From NCBI RefSeq assembly GCF_964204645.1, contig NC_134029.1, positions 15,618,950 to 15,682,949 on the forward strand: a DNA stretch of 64,000 nt. Reading direction: 5' to 3'. The translations under genes were made by a program, and so were the position numbers. This document shows positions 62,976 to 64,000 of this stretch, in pieces (the stretch's first letter is position 1; each line of letters opens with the position of its first letter). Source of the stretch: Tubulanus polymorphus (taxonomy: Eukaryota > Animalia > Nemertea). Below the pieces are notes generated by a model, which did not search any database, was not told the origin of the DNA, and saw only the letters and a program-made list of their open reading frames with translations.

Positions 62976-64000
62976 ATATACTACGCCGGTGATCGGCTAT
63001 CGGTATGTCCCTTCAGGTGTTCCATACTCCTGCATACGGTATACCTGAATGCGCCGATGAAACGATAATACGTCCAAGGAATGGTCCGATATCGGGTCCA
63101 AGTCCAAGCGTTTACGAGGCCGGCGTTCGCGAGTCCGACAGGTTTACAGGAATTTGTTTGTCGTTACCTCTTTTATATTATTGATTTCCGTTATTCCGGT
63201 TATTTTATTTAAATATATTGCTTATCTGTTCATGTAAACAAAAACACCAATAAATACATTTTGAACTGATCAAGTTTAAGTCAAGGTCGTTTAGTCGCGG
63301 GTGGCTACTAGAATTACGTTCGACTACATTCAGAGAGAAAATAACCAAGTATCAGGTGATTATCGATAGCCTACTACACACACAGACAGTTGACAAACAG
63401 TGTTAGGTCTGTGTCGGTTGGTGCGTAATGGGACTGAAATATACTGGTTGGTCAGAGTTGGTTCAGTTGTGAGAAGTGTGGAAACTAAGAAACCTACCGG
63501 TATTTATTTGTCTATAGGCCTATTATAGTAGCCAATACCATTTTAAGTACGAAGATGTTACCCGTACGTGACTGTACGGTGATCTCCACAGGTTAACCGT
63601 ACGTGAGTTCCTTCTGCGCATGCGTCAATAATCTACGTGTACGCGCATGCATCAAAGAATAGGCATAGGGTAGGGTTAGGTGAGGATATATGTAAATCAA
63701 TTTATCAACCCTGCAGTTGATAAATGTGGGTCAGTGGGTAAATCACTGGACTTCCGTCGGATTTTTGGTTTACCTTTGTCAGCGATATGATGATGGCATT
63801 GAGCCAATTCATGTAAAATTGCGGTAAGTTTTTTTATGTGAGCATTTGTTTCATTGGTTCTCGGGCTAAACAACGTATAATCGATGCGATTGAAGAAATG
63901 GCGAACATCCGTCGATGACATGGTCAACTGTGTTAAAATTATACGAAAAACTGTTTTTTTTGCGGGAAAATTCTTAGCTCTCGCGTATAAAATTGCAATG

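Noticed and set aside
62985-63140. Possible ribozyme or structured RNA (CTTCAGGT...ACCTGAA stem, GATGAAAC)
   Set aside because: I could not assemble a complete hammerhead, HDV-like or twister core by eye.
63660-63685. Telomeric repeat (TAGGGTAGGGTTAGG)
   Set aside because: Only two or three degenerate units, internal to the sequence.

Overview
AT-rich animal (invertebrate) nuclear DNA. Seven plus-strand exons of a fibrillin gene (five cbEGF exons and a split TB domain, 40030-60039) sit in very large, repeat-filled introns. The first ~39 kb holds two oppositely oriented, decayed copies of one endogenous Polinton/Maverick (adintovirus-like) element: copy 1 at 1-7596 plus 9680-9990, and copy 2 at 13500-35873, split by a 15.5 kb nested insertion. 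Fragments of a more diverged relative follow at 36118-38113. The element encodes an rve integrase, a probable double-jelly-roll major capsid protein, a run of small membrane proteins and a protein-primed DNA polymerase B. The main finding is a full-length intein (HINT splicing blocks plus a LAGLIDADG homing endonuclease) inserted in the polymerase catalytic motif YxD|TDS; by my recall it resembles giant-virus (mimivirus-type) PolB inteins. Other content: a Neptune-type Penelope element with an upstream OTU protease domain, a second Penelope element with TSD and a hammerhead ribozyme core, a BEL/Pao LTR retrotransposon, nested Helentron-type (HINE) elements, a 31-bp satellite, MITEs, and a long-TIR element carrying a USP Cys-box. 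All calls come from manual translation and motif recognition; no database searches were run.
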